Shown one piece after another: positions 18,355 to 27,125 of a stretch of DNA of 46,573 nucleotides. The notes beneath the pieces were generated by a model, which was not told the DNA's origin, searched no databases, and worked only from the letters and a program-made list of their open reading frames with translations. The stretch is from NCBI GenBank assembly GCA_022508585.1, contig JAFLUU010000001.1, forward strand, positions 1 through 46,573. The letters run 5' to 3'. This DNA is from Prevotellaceae bacterium (GTDB lineage: Bacteria > Bacteroidota > Bacteroidia > Bacteroidales > Bacteroidaceae). A program made the position numbers and the translations under genes. Numbering within the stretch: the stretch's first letter is position 1; the number at the start of each line of letters is the position of its first letter.

Positions 18355-18652
18355 TTGAAATACCGTGCGAACTCATAGAAATGTCGTGCGCGCCCGATTT
18401 TAGCGCCTCCGCGCGCGTAGAAATGTCGGGAAAGTTCAAAAATTCCTATAAGAATTTCTAAAAAATCTTATAAGAATTCTCGGAAATTTATATAAGAATT
18501 TTTGAAAATTCTTATATGATTTTTTCAAAATCAACGAGCAAAAAACAAATGCGCAGGCTCAAAAATCAGACGCCGAGGCCTTTTCTATGAAGTTTGAGGG
18601 GGTTAAGTGCAGCAAGGACGAGGTTTTATGTAATTTTGAGGGGATAAGGTAC
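18355..18652. repeat. Full copy B of the composite palindromic intergenic repeat (arm, four-palindrome core at 18441-18522, arm)
   Basis: The core is about 93% identical by eye to the cores at 26253-26334 and 35463-35544. The left arm is the reverse complement of the type-1 arm (gtagaaatgtcgggaa, 18417-18432). The right arm is type-2 (aacgagcaaaaaacaaatgcgcagg..ggttaagtgc). Confidence 0.85.
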
Positions 18653-18674
18653 GGCTTTGGCGATATTGTAAAAC

Positions 18675-18710
18675 AAAAAGAGAGGAAAACTAAGTTTTTC
18701 CTCTCTTTTT
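18675..18710 (-). terminator. Hairpin immediately downstream of tRNA-Asp
   Basis: aaagagaggaaaac and gtttttcctctcttt form a ~14-bp stem flanked by A/T runs, 2 nt from the tRNA 3' end. Confidence 0.6.
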
Positions 18711-18712
18711 GT

Positions 18713-18789
18713 TGGCGGTGCGTACGGGACTCGAACCCGTGACCCCCTGCGTGACAGGCAGATATTCTAACCAACTGAACTAACGCACC
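18713..18789 (-). tRNA. tRNA-Asp (anticodon GTC), CCA encoded
   Basis: The reverse complement is GGTGCGTTAGTTCAGTTGGTTAGAATATCTGCCTGTCACGCAGGGGGTCACGGGTTCGAGTCCCGTACGCACCGCCA. It folds by hand into a cloverleaf with a 7-bp acceptor stem, anticodon loop CTGTCAC and T-loop TTCGAGT. Confidence 0.93.
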
Positions 18790-18834
18790 AACATTTCATT
18801 TTTCTTTGCCGCGCTTCTCTCTCGAAACGCGATG

Positions 18835-18842
18835 CAAAAGTA
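18835..18842 (-). promoter_or_regulatory. -7 promoter box (TACTTTTG on the minus strand) for tRNA-Asp
   Basis: TAnnTTTG match, 46 nt upstream of the mature tRNA 5' end. Confidence 0.45.
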
Positions 18843-18952
18843 ATAGCTTTTTTTATACTGACAAAGAAAAAACGAGTTTTTTTGTATTTCAAGGCTACTT
18901 TTTAGCCTTAAGGCAGCCTTCTGAAGTGTTTGGCTACATGATTGAGGCACAA

Positions 18953-19480
18953 TTAGAGCAGTTTTTGATATAAGATTATAGGTTTATAGCCTTCGCTTGT
19001 CTGCTGCCAGTCGTCCAGCAAACCGACTTGCCTGTAGCCGGCATGGGCAAAAAGGCGGACACTGCGCTCATTATTTGGCGAGACATAGGCATACAGCTGG
19101 TGTATGAGTAGCATCTGTGCCGCATATTGCTCCACCAGCTTCAGTGCCTCGCGGCCTAATCCGCGCCCTTGGTATTCGGTGAGCACGGCAAGCCCTACTT
19201 CGGCGCGCTGATGACGCGGCGAGAAGTCGGTGAGGTCGATAAACCCTACCGAAGCGAGCGTCTGCTCATCTTCTATCACGAGGCGCAGCTGATGGTCGAC
19301 ATAAATATCGCCGGTGGCAGCGTCTATGAAACGACTGACGGCGCTACGGCTCATAGGCTGAACCATAGCCGTGCTGTCCCACATGGTTGTGTCATTCTCA
19401 AGCTTGTACATGAGCGGCAGGTCGCGGCTTTCTATAGGGCGCAGACTAACGATTGCCGATTTGAGCAGTTGCGGCTTCAT
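18953..19480 (-). CDS. GNAT family N-acetyltransferase (RimJ/RimL-like)
   Basis: The acetyl-CoA binding motif is in context (YQGRGLGREALKLV). I prefer the start MKPQLLK (ATG at 19478-19480), which overlaps the upstream stop as ATGA. Confidence 0.8.
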   Translation of the reverse strand: MKPQLLKSAIVSLRPIESRDLPLMYKLENDTTMWDSTAMVQPMSRSAVSRFIDAATGDIYVDHQLRLVIEDEQTLASVGFIDLTDFSPRHQRAEVGLAVLTEYQGRGLGREALKLVEQYAAQMLLIHQLYAYVSPNNERSVRLFAHAGYRQVGLLDDWQQTSEGYKPIILYQKLL

Positions 19481-20676
19481 GGTGTGAAGATAAACAGGTT
19501 TGTGAGTATCATCTGTTGCTCCGGCAACAGAGTACCGATAGAACATTTGCGGCCTTCGGGCAGGGAGTGCGCGAGCTTTAGTATTTGGCCGTAACTGTAT
19601 TGCTCCGTATCATAAACGATATAGTCCGGCTTTACGTTTCCGAAAAGGCTTGCAAGCTGCTGTCCGTCGGCAACGGCGGAGTTGTGCAGGGTTATATCGA
19701 GAGAGTATTTGGCTGCGAGGGTTTTGACTATGTCCGCATTCTTATCGCTTACGAGGCAGAGTAGCTGCGGTTTATGCGGAGCGATGCGGCTCTTGATTTT
19801 GTAGACGAACTGTCTATAATATCTGTTGATGAAAGAAAAAGCCGCGAGCACGTAAATGGCGATGTGTATCAAAATACGCAGCAGGAAGATATGGCTGTTG
19901 AAATGTTTCTTGAAGAAGATGAAGATGGCCTTATAAAAATTGTTGACGTAGGAGTATGTATTGCGGCGAGTGCTCTCTCCTTTATAATGCAGGATTTGCG
20001 TTGGCAGATAGTAGTTGTTTCTGCCTGCCTTGAGCATTCTATATGAAAGATCGGTGTCTTCGCAGTACATAAAGAAGTCTTCATCGAAGATACCAACGTC
20101 TGTCAACACATCGCGCTTGACCATCATAAACGCTCCGGAGACAATCTCTATCTTGGCCGGCTCATCTAGCGGCAGATACTGCAAGTAATAGTAGCCGAAG
20201 GTCTTTGTTTTGGGGAAGAGTTTGCTCAGTCGTGTAATCTTGCAGAACGATGCCCACGGAGTGGGCACGCCGCGGCGCGACTCGGGGGCGAATGTGCCGT
20301 CGGCGTTGAGCATCTTCACGCCCATGCAGCCTGCATCGGGATGATTCTGCATGAAATCGAGGCAGCGCGTGAGCGTGTCTTCGCTGACAAAGGTGTCGGG
20401 GTTGATGCAGAGCACATATTCGCCCTGTGCCATGCGGAATGCTTGATTGTTCGCCCTGCCAAACCCCGGATTGTCGGCGTTGGCGATTATGCGCAACTCG
20501 GGAAACTCCTCCTTCGGGAAGCATTCGTGCAGGTAGGCGACGGAATCGTCGCTTGAGTTGTTGTCTACCACAAAAACCTCCCACTCTATGCCCTTCGCCG
20601 CCCTGCGTAGCGACTGTAAGCACTGGTAAACATAGTACTTTACATTGTAATTGACTATTATGACGGACAAGAGCAT
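19477..20676 (-). CDS. Glycosyltransferase family 2
   Basis: The N-terminus LSVIIVNYNVKYYVYQCLQSL, VVDNNSSDDS, and DxD-like FMYCEDTDLSYR are typical of GT2. Confidence 0.85.
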   Translation of the reverse strand: MLLSVIIVNYNVKYYVYQCLQSLRRAAKGIEWEVFVVDNNSSDDSVAYLHECFPKEEFPELRIIANADNPGFGRANNQAFRMAQGEYVLCINPDTFVSEDTLTRCLDFMQNHPDAGCMGVKMLNADGTFAPESRRGVPTPWASFCKITRLSKLFPKTKTFGYYYLQYLPLDEPAKIEIVSGAFMMVKRDVLTDVGIFDEDFFMYCEDTDLSYRMLKAGRNNYYLPTQILHYKGESTRRNTYSYVNNFYKAIFIFFKKHFNSHIFLLRILIHIAIYVLAAFSFINRYYRQFVYKIKSRIAPHKPQLLCLVSDKNADIVKTLAAKYSLDITLHNSAVADGQQLASLFGNVKPDYIVYDTEQYSYGQILKLAHSLPEGRKCSIGTLLPEQQMILTNLFIFTP

Positions 20677-20683
20677 ATGTTTC

Positions 20684-21085
20684 TTAGTTCTTTTGTCGCT
20701 GCGGTAAGCAGAAAATCAACGCTATGCCCAGCATGGCGCTCAGATAGAAGGGCGATTGGCTCGCCGTGATGTAGAATGCTAAAAAGTTGATGAGGATAAC
20801 CAACAATACTGCCACTATTCGCAGCTGCGAGAGGGAGTCGTGGTATTTCTCTTTCTGCATTCCTTGCAGTGATTGCATCTTGCGTTTAACCATTGGCAGG
20901 GCAAACATTTTCATTGCAAGATAAGCGGTAATAAGGCTGAGCGTTATGGTGGCGAGGTTGAGCAGATATGTCGCCAGCTCGTCGAGCATCGGCGTGGCAG
21001 TCGGGATAATGCCTGCAAGGTAGAGGGCAATAAGCACTGACGGCACGAGCCATGTTATTGCATATAAAGTGTATGTCGTTTTCAT
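20684..21085 (-). CDS. Hypothetical small membrane protein (4 predicted TM segments)
   Basis: 133-aa hydrophobic ORF in a same-strand run with its neighbours. No recognisable motif. Confidence 0.5.
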   Translation of the reverse strand: MKTTYTLYAITWLVPSVLIALYLAGIIPTATPMLDELATYLLNLATITLSLITAYLAMKMFALPMVKRKMQSLQGMQKEKYHDSLSQLRIVAVLLVILINFLAFYITASQSPFYLSAMLGIALIFCLPQRQKN

Positions 21086-21104
21086 CTGGCTGTAAGGGAA
21101 AAGG

Positions 21105-21716
21105 TTAGTTGAGATTTATTCGGTTGAGAATGGAGCGGGCTAAGGTTATCTCGTCTGTATATTCCAACTCCTCGCCCACAGAAATGCCGCTGGCGATGGT
21201 TGTGAGTTTGACATCGAAGTTTTCCAATTTCCGACCGATAAAAAAACGCGTAGTCTCGCCGTCCGTCGTAGAACTGAGCGCCATTATCACTTCCTTGACC
21301 TCGCCCGTTGCCACGCGCTCGACTAATTGCTCTATGGTGAGGTCGCCCGGGCCAATGCCGTCCATTGGCGAGATGATGCCGCCCAGCACATGATAAAGCC
21401 CCCTGTATTGTTGGGTATTCTCGATCGCCATTACATCCTGCACGCTCTGCACTACGCACAAGGTGCTGCGGTCGCGGCGCTGGTCGCTGCATATTTCGCA
21501 TATCTCGGTGTCGGAAATATTGTGGCAAATTCGGCAATACTTTACTTCTTCACGAAATTTGCTAATGCTGTCGGCGAAGTTCCTTACAGCGCCCTCGGGC
21601 TGCCGAAGCATGTGGAGGGCAAGCCTTAGCGCGGTACGGCGCCCAATGCCGGGAAGAGTGTTGAAGGCTTCCACAGCCTGCTCCAACAATCGCGAGGGGT
21701 AGTCGTTGACAATCAT
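21105..21716 (-). CDS. recR: Recombination protein RecR
   Basis: The helix-hairpin-helix [13 protein letters not shown], the zinc finger [16 protein letters not shown] and a Toprim domain are present. Confidence 0.93.
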   Translation of the reverse strand: MIVNDYPSRLLEQAVEAFNTLPGIGRRTALRLALHMLRQPEGAVRNFADSISKFREEVKYCRICHNISDTEICEICSDQRRDRSTLCVVQSVQDVMAIENTQQYRGLYHVLGGIISPMDGIGPGDLTIEQLVERVATGEVKEVIMALSSTTDGETTRFFIGRKLENFDVKLTTIASGISVGEELEYTDEITLARSILNRINLN

Positions 21717-21746
21717 TAGCTCGGTGTTTATAATGCTGATAACGAC

Positions 21747-22370
21747 CTAAGAATCTGCGGCGAGCGAAGTGAGAATGTCGTCGATGTGATCCAATATCTC
21801 CTGACGCCCTATCCGTTTGGCGGAAGAGACTTCAAAATGCGGCGGAAGCTCCTCCCATTGTTCGCCGAGACCATTCAGAAAAGCCTTCACGCTTTTCCCG
21901 AACGAGCCCTTGCGAGATTTATCAGCCTTCGTGAAGATAATCGTAAAGGGAACACCATTCTCTCCGAGCCACTCGATGAAATCCAAGTCGATGCGCTGCG
22001 GAGGTATGTTCCCATCGATTAAAAGAAACAGGTTTACCATTTGTTCGCGCCGCAAGATGTAGCCTTTAATCATCTGTGCCAGTTGTTCCTGCTGCTTCTT
22101 GCCGCGTTTGGCATAGCCGTAACCCGGCAAATCCACCAGATACCACTCGTTATTGATGAGGAAATGGTTGATCAGAATAGTCTTGCCGGGAGTAGACGAG
22201 GTCATCGCAAGTTTTTCGTTGCCGGTCAGCATGTTTATAAGGCTGCTCTTACCAACATTGCTGCGCCCGATGAAAGCAAACTCTGCCTTGTCGGTGTTTA
22301 TGCACTTCTCCACGCTTATTGCGCTGCTCTCGTATTTGGCGGACTTAATCTGCATGGCGCTTTTTCGCAA
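21747..22370 (-). CDS. engB: Ribosome biogenesis GTP-binding protein YihA/YsxC (EngB)
   Basis: G1 is [10 protein letters not shown]3 is DLPGYGY and G4 is TKADK. An alternative start, MQIKSA at 22355, is possible. Confidence 0.88.
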   Translation of the reverse strand: MRKSAMQIKSAKYESSAISVEKCINTDKAEFAFIGRSNVGKSSLINMLTGNEKLAMTSSTPGKTILINHFLINNEWYLVDLPGYGYAKRGKKQQEQLAQMIKGYILRREQMVNLFLLIDGNIPPQRIDLDFIEWLGENGVPFTIIFTKADKSRKGSFGKSVKAFLNGLGEQWEELPPHFEVSSAKRIGRQEILDHIDDILTSLAADS

Positions 22371-22980
22371 TCTTGTTTTTTATAATAATGTAGACAAGTG
22401 CCAAAATCAGCACGGCAACGATGAAAATAACGATTGGTCGCTCATATTCTTTCAGCGCGCTTTGCAATTGCTCCTTCGGAACGACGGAATGGAGGTAATA
22501 ACCGAGCGCAGCGAGCACCGCGTTCCAAGCACCGGCGCCAATAGCGGTATAAAGTGCGAACTTGGCGAAGTTCATCTTGGCCAGACCGGCAGGAATGCTG
22601 ATCAACTGGCGCACTGCAGGCACCAGGCGCCCCACGAGTGTAGCCGCAGCGCCGCGTTTGTCGAAGTAAGCCTCCGCTTTCTCGATTTTCTCTTTATTAA
22701 GCAGGCACAAACGCCCCAATCGGCTCTCGGCAAAGCGGTAAACTATGGGGCGACCGACATAATAGCTCAGCGCATAGTTTACAGTGGCGCCAATCAGGCT
22801 GCCAAGCGTGGCGAACACGATTACTAACCACACATTCATGCTCCCTTCGGCGGCCATATAGGCAGCCGGCGGCACCACGATCTCGCTGGGGAAAGGAATG
22901 AACGAGCTTTCCACAGCCATAAGTAATGTAACATAAAAATAGTCGAGCTGTTCAGCGAGGTGATAGAAGAAATCGAGCAT
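22345..22980 (-). CDS. DedA family (SNARE-associated) membrane protein
   Basis: [31 protein letters not shown] and multiple TM helices match the DedA family. Confidence 0.8.
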   Translation of the reverse strand: MLDFFYHLAEQLDYFYVTLLMAVESSFIPFPSEIVVPPAAYMAAEGSMNVWLVIVFATLGSLIGATVNYALSYYVGRPIVYRFAESRLGRLCLLNKEKIEKAEAYFDKRGAAATLVGRLVPAVRQLISIPAGLAKMNFAKFALYTAIGAGAWNAVLAALGYYLHSVVPKEQLQSALKEYERPIVIFIVAVLILALVYIIIKNKIAKKRHAD

Positions 22981-23001
22981 CTTTCGGATAGTTTTGTTCT
23001 G

Positions 23002-24768
23002 TTAGCTTTTCAGACCCACCGTGCGGTTAAATACAAGGTGGTCGGGCATCGACTCCGGATCCACATTATAGTATCCGATACGCTGGAACTGGAGGTAATC
23101 CAAGGGCTTGCAATTAGTAAGCCACTGCTCGCCATACGCTTTCACCACCTCCAGGCTATGAGGGTTGAGATACTTGCGCATATCGTCGATGTCAATGCGA
23201 TCTTTGCCCTGCTGTTTGCTGTAGGCAGCCACCTCGTCGCGCGGATTCTCCACGAGCCAGAGCCTATCGTAGTTCCTAACCTCCGCTTCCACGCAGTGGT
23301 CGCAGCTTACCCAGTGGAGCGTCTTTCCTTTAATCTTGCGGTCGGCTCCGGGCAGCCCGCTACGAGTGTCGGGGTCGTACTCAGCATATATCTCCACGAT
23401 ATTGCCGTCGGCATCTTTCTTGCAGCAGTTCGTTTCGGGGCACTTGATGATATAACCATTCTTTAGCCTAACCTCTTTGCCCGGGCCAAGGCGGAAGAAC
23501 TTCTTGGGAGCGTCTTCCATAAAGTCGTCGCGCTCTATCCATAGCTCGCGGCTGAAGGCAATTTCGTGGGTGCCGTCTTTCGGACGCTCAGGGTTGTTCT
23601 GAGCCGTCATCATCTCCACCTGTCCCTCCGGATAGTTGGTCAGAATGAGCTTGACAGGGTTCAGCACCACGCTCACACGAGTGGCACGACCATTGAGGTC
23701 TTCACGCGCAGCGCTCTCCAAGAGTGCCATCTCGTTGAGAGCATCGAAAGTAGTGTAACCGATTTTGTCGATGAACTTCACGATACTCTCCGGCGAGTAA
23801 CCGCGGCGACGGAAACCGCTGATTGTGGGCATACGGGGGTCATCCCAGCCACTTACCACGCCCTCTTTAACCAGCATCAGCAGGTTGCGCTTCGACAGCA
23901 AAATATGAGTCAAGTTTAGCTTGTTGAACTCCGTCTGACGGGGGCGGTTGTCGTCAAGAGGCTTGTCGTCGCCACCGGCAATCTTCGCCCAATCGACAAA
24001 AAGGTCGTAAAGCGGACGATGACTCACGAACTCCAAGGTGCAGAGGCTGTGAGTAACGCCCTCCCAATAGTCGCACTGACCATGAGTGTAGTCATACATC
24101 GGGTAAGCGTTCCACTTGTTGCCCGTTCGCCAATGCGGCATATTCAGCACGCGGTACATAATCGGGTCGCGGAAGTGCATGTTGGGCGAAGCCATGTCGA
24201 TTTTGGCGCGTAGCACCATCTTGCCCGGCTCCATAGTGCCGGAGTTCATTTGTTCAAACAGCGCAAGGCTTTCTTCCACGGGGCGGTCGCGATAAGGCGA
24301 GTTCTGCCCAGCCTGGGTGGGCGTCCCCTTCTGTCGGGCAATCTCCTCGGCGCTCTGTTCGTCCACATACGCCTTTCCTTCCTTGATAAGCTCGACCGCC
24401 AAGTCCCAGAGCTGCTGGAAATAGTCGCTCGCATAAAGCAGTTTGCCCCACTTGAAGCCTAACCACTCGATGTCGCGCTTGATAGCCTCCACATATTCAG
24501 TGTCTTCCTTCTGCGGATTTGTGTCATCCATGCGCAGATTGCACACACCGCCGTACTTCTTGGCTATACCGAAGTCGAGCGCTATGGCTTTGGCGTGGCC
24601 GATGTGCAGATAGCCGTTGGGCTCTGGTGGAAAGCGCGTCTGAATGCGTCCTCCGTTCTTGCCCTCCTGCAAATCCTTCTCCACCATCTCCTCAATGAAA
24701 TTGAGGCTTTTCTTTGTGCTGCCCTCTTCCTGCGCAGGGACAACGTTTATGTTGGTATTCTCGCTCAT
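23002..24768 (-). CDS. glnS: Glutamine--tRNA ligase
   Basis: The class I HIGH motif (RFPPEPNGYLHIGHAKA), the KMSKS-like motif (LLSKRNL) and GlnRS-specific blocks are present. 588 aa. Confidence 0.93.
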   Translation of the reverse strand: MSENTNINVVPAQEEGSTKKSLNFIEEMVEKDLQEGKNGGRIQTRFPPEPNGYLHIGHAKAIALDFGIAKKYGGVCNLRMDDTNPQKEDTEYVEAIKRDIEWLGFKWGKLLYASDYFQQLWDLAVELIKEGKAYVDEQSAEEIARQKGTPTQAGQNSPYRDRPVEESLALFEQMNSGTMEPGKMVLRAKIDMASPNMHFRDPIMYRVLNMPHWRTGNKWNAYPMYDYTHGQCDYWEGVTHSLCTLEFVSHRPLYDLFVDWAKIAGGDDKPLDDNRPRQTEFNKLNLTHILLSKRNLLMLVKEGVVSGWDDPRMPTISGFRRRGYSPESIVKFIDKIGYTTFDALNEMALLESAAREDLNGRATRVSVVLNPVKLILTNYPEGQVEMMTAQNNPERPKDGTHEIAFSRELWIERDDFMEDAPKKFFRLGPGKEVRLKNGYIIKCPETNCCKKDADGNIVEIYAEYDPDTRSGLPGADRKIKGKTLHWVSCDHCVEAEVRNYDRLWLVENPRDEVAAYSKQQGKDRIDIDDMRKYLNPHSLEVVKAYGEQWLTNCKPLDYLQFQRIGYYNVDPESMPDHLVFNRTVGLKS

Positions 24769-24964
24769 AATCTATCTTAAGCAATATATAATTCTTTAAT
24801 TTGCCGCGAAGTTAGCCATAAATTCCCTAAGCCACAAATTTTACGCGCGTACAATTATTTATATAAGGGCATAAAACCAATCGTTACCACTATCCTATCA
24901 AAACAATTCGGACATCAGACCGCAACAAGTCCAATGCCCGAATTAGCATTTAAGCAAAAAATCG

Positions 24965-25858
24965 CTACAAACTCAGCGCGAGACGACAACCTTGACAGCT
25001 GCCTATATAAGTAGTCTCGTTTCCGGCACGGTCAATCGTATAACAAGACTTTGCATCGCCCAACCAGCAACCACCACGCTGCACCTTAAGACTACCGGAA
25101 GCTGGGCCGGTGGGATTAGTCTGCTCAGAGTCGGGATAAAAGCCATACCAATCCTGACACCACTCCCAAGCATTTCCGCTCATGTCATAAATTCCCAACT
25201 CATTCGCCTCTTTTGTACCTACAGAGTGTGGCCTTTGATTACAATTCTCTATGTACCACGCAACATTGTCTATCTCATCGCTCCCACTATAAGTATAGCC
25301 TTTACTCTTATTGCCTCCTTTCGCTGCAAACTCCCACTCAGCCTCCGTAGGCAAGCGGAAATTCTCTCCTGTCAGCTCATTAAGTTTTGCAACAAACTCC
25401 TGGCAGTTATCCCAACTAACATAATCTACAGGCAAATCTCCACCCTTAAAATAAAAACTCGGATTTTCTCCCATCACAGCTTCCCAGAGAGCTTGAGTAA
25501 CCTCAGTCTGACCGATATAATAACTGCTAAGCGTTACACTATGCACCGGTTGCAAATGCCGCATACCTTCATTACTGCCCATTTCAAATGTGCCGCCTTC
25601 AACAGCAACCATGACAAATGACACACCATTCACTGTATATGTCTTATTTTTACCGGAAAAGTGAGTATTATCGCCTTCCGTACCATTATCATCGCTTTCG
25701 TCCTTATCTTTATCGTTGCTGCTACCTCCTTGCGTGCCACCGCCAGCACCCTGCTCGAAATCTTCGGGATTATCATCATCCTCACTACAACTAACACACA
25801 CCAGAGTGCTCGCAAAGAACACAGCAATCATTAAACTGAAGAAATTAAATTTTCTCAT
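24965..25858 (-). CDS. Lipoprotein with a formylglycine-generating-enzyme (SUMF1/EgtB/PvdO) family domain
   Basis: A lipobox is present (LVCVSCSEDD), followed by an acidic low-complexity linker. FGE-sulfatase domain blocks are present: GQTEVTQALWEAVMG, LPTEAEWEFAAKGG, GNAWEWCQDWY and RGGCW. Confidence 0.75.
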   Translation of the reverse strand: MRKFNFFSLMIAVFFASTLVCVSCSEDDDNPEDFEQGAGGGTQGGSSNDKDKDESDDNGTEGDNTHFSGKNKTYTVNGVSFVMVAVEGGTFEMGSNEGMRHLQPVHSVTLSSYYIGQTEVTQALWEAVMGENPSFYFKGGDLPVDYVSWDNCQEFVAKLNELTGENFRLPTEAEWEFAAKGGNKSKGYTYSGSDEIDNVAWYIENCNQRPHSVGTKEANELGIYDMSGNAWEWCQDWYGFYPDSEQTNPTGPASGSLKVQRGGCWLGDAKSCYTIDRAGNETTYIGSCQGCRLALSL

Positions 25859-25985
25859 AATGAAACAACACTTTTATTTATCGCTAAAATAGTTAAACGC
25901 TTTGTAGAATCAAACAAAAATACTTTTGCAAATTTTGCAAAAAAATATCTTAAGTTACCCAAATACCTCCATTACAATCATAATG

Positions 25986-25993
25986 CAAAGGTA
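25986..25993 (-). promoter_or_regulatory. -7 promoter box (TACCTTTG on the minus strand)
   Basis: TAnnTTTG match, 128 nt upstream of the ATG at 25858. Confidence 0.35.
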
Positions 25994-26125
25994 ATGAAAC
26001 AACAACACATAAGCGCTATTTTGTAAGATTATTTTACAGGACATAATCAACTTGCAAAAACAAACAATGTTCTATAAATTCCTGCGAATTTTGTCGGTAT
26101 AGCCCAAAATCGCATACACACTATG

Positions 26126-26424
26126 CGAAACATCGTTCTATCAGTTCGCAAAGTCGTGCATTCTGTGTAAAACATCGTCAAAACTTCTCCTAATGTCGTG
26201 CGGACTCACAGAAAAGGTCTCCGGACTTGTAGAAATGTCGTGAAAATTCAAAAAATATTATAAGAATTTCTAAAAAATCATATAAGAATTCCCGAGAATT
26301 TATATAAGAATTTTTGAAAATTCTTATATGATTTTTTCAAATTCCACGAGCAAAAAACAAATGCGCAGGCTCAAAAATCAGATGCCGAGGCCTTTTCTGT
26401 GAGTCCGCACGACTTTTCTCACAC
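26126..26424. repeat. Full copy C of the composite palindromic intergenic repeat (core 26253-26334)
   Basis: It has the same architecture as copy B. Six ~21-bp units lie to the left (TCGT at 26133, 26154, 26175, 26196 and 26238). The core holds four palindromes, and a type-2 arm lies to the right. The outer inverted repeat pairs gtgcggactcacagaaaagg with ccttttctgtgagtccgcac. Confidence 0.85.
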
Positions 26425-26461
26425 ATAAATGAACTAAACATAAATTGCGAACTATTAGTAC

Positions 26462-26498
26462 AAAAAAGTAGAGGCGTCGAAACAAGTCCGACGCCTCT
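26462..26498 (-). terminator. Rho-independent terminator of rubrerythrin
   Basis: The perfect 10-bp GC-rich stem agaggcgtcg/cgacgcctct has a 9-nt loop. A T-run follows on the minus strand (aaaaaag on plus). Confidence 0.7.
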
Positions 26499-26538
26499 AT
26501 AAACAATAGCAACGTAAGGGAACACGTCCCTTACAATA

Positions 26539-27081
26539 TTAATAATTCTGAGCCAAAAGCTGGAAGTATGCCTTCGGATGGTCGCAAACAGGGCAAACCT
26601 CGGGAGCCTGCTTGCCGATAACGAGATGACCACAGTTGGAGCACTGCCAAATACAGTCGCCGTCCTTAGTGAACACAACCTTATTCTGCAGATTTTCGAG
26701 CAATTTGAGATAACGCTCCTCATGATGCTTCTCGATAGCGCCAACCATCTCAAATTTGTCGGCTATCTCGTCGAAACCTTCCTCACGAGCCTCCTTTGCA
26801 AATTGAGCATACATATCTGTCCATTCGTAGTTCTCACCAGCAGCAGCGTCCTTGAGGTTCTCCTCGGTAGAGGGGACTGCGCCTCCATGCAAGAGCTTAA
26901 ACCAAATCTTGGCGTGCTCCTTCTCATTGTTGGCCGTCTCCTCAAAGAGAGCGGCTATCTGTACATAACCGTCCTTCTTAGCCTTAGAAGCATAGTAGGT
27001 GTACTTGTTGCGTGCCTGCGACTCGCCAGCAAAGGCGGTCATCAAGTTTTGCTCGGTGCGAGTTCCTTTTAATTCTTTCAT
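26539..27081 (-). CDS. rbr: Rubrerythrin
   Basis: The ferritin-like diiron domain carries ExxH motifs ([18 protein letters not shown]). The C-terminal rubredoxin-like domain has CxxC...CxxC (CSNCGH..CPVCDH). Confidence 0.92.
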   Translation of the reverse strand: MKELKGTRTEQNLMTAFAGESQARNKYTYYASKAKKDGYVQIAALFEETANNEKEHAKIWFKLLHGGAVPSTEENLKDAAAGENYEWTDMYAQFAKEAREEGFDEIADKFEMVGAIEKHHEERYLKLLENLQNKVVFTKDGDCIWQCSNCGHLVIGKQAPEVCPVCDHPKAYFQLLAQNY

Positions 27082-27125
27082 AGTTGTTTAGTGATTAAAA
27101 AATTAGTGGTTTTGTTATAGTTGTG

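Noticed and set aside
18441-18522. Could the regularly spaced repeats in the element cores be a small CRISPR array?
   Set aside because: The period is only 22 bp and there are no unique spacers between repeats. The same 'spacers' recur in all three copies. The array is flanked by inverted arms, and no cas genes are present.
18713-18789. The RM-like module as a classical tRNA-targeting integrative island.
   Set aside because: There is no integrase or recombinase gene between 12788 and 18789. I could find no direct repeat of the tRNA-Asp 3' end at the far boundary. The tRNA is also separated from the module by about 780 nt that includes the repeat element.
24965-25858. The FGE/SUMF1-domain lipoprotein as the maturase of the sulfatase at 42649-44172.
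   Set aside because: The two genes are 17 kb apart on unrelated transcription units. The sulfatase has a Ser-type (STPSR) site, which in anaerobes is matured by a radical-SAM anSME rather than an O2-dependent FGE. The FGE fold is also used by many non-maturase proteins.
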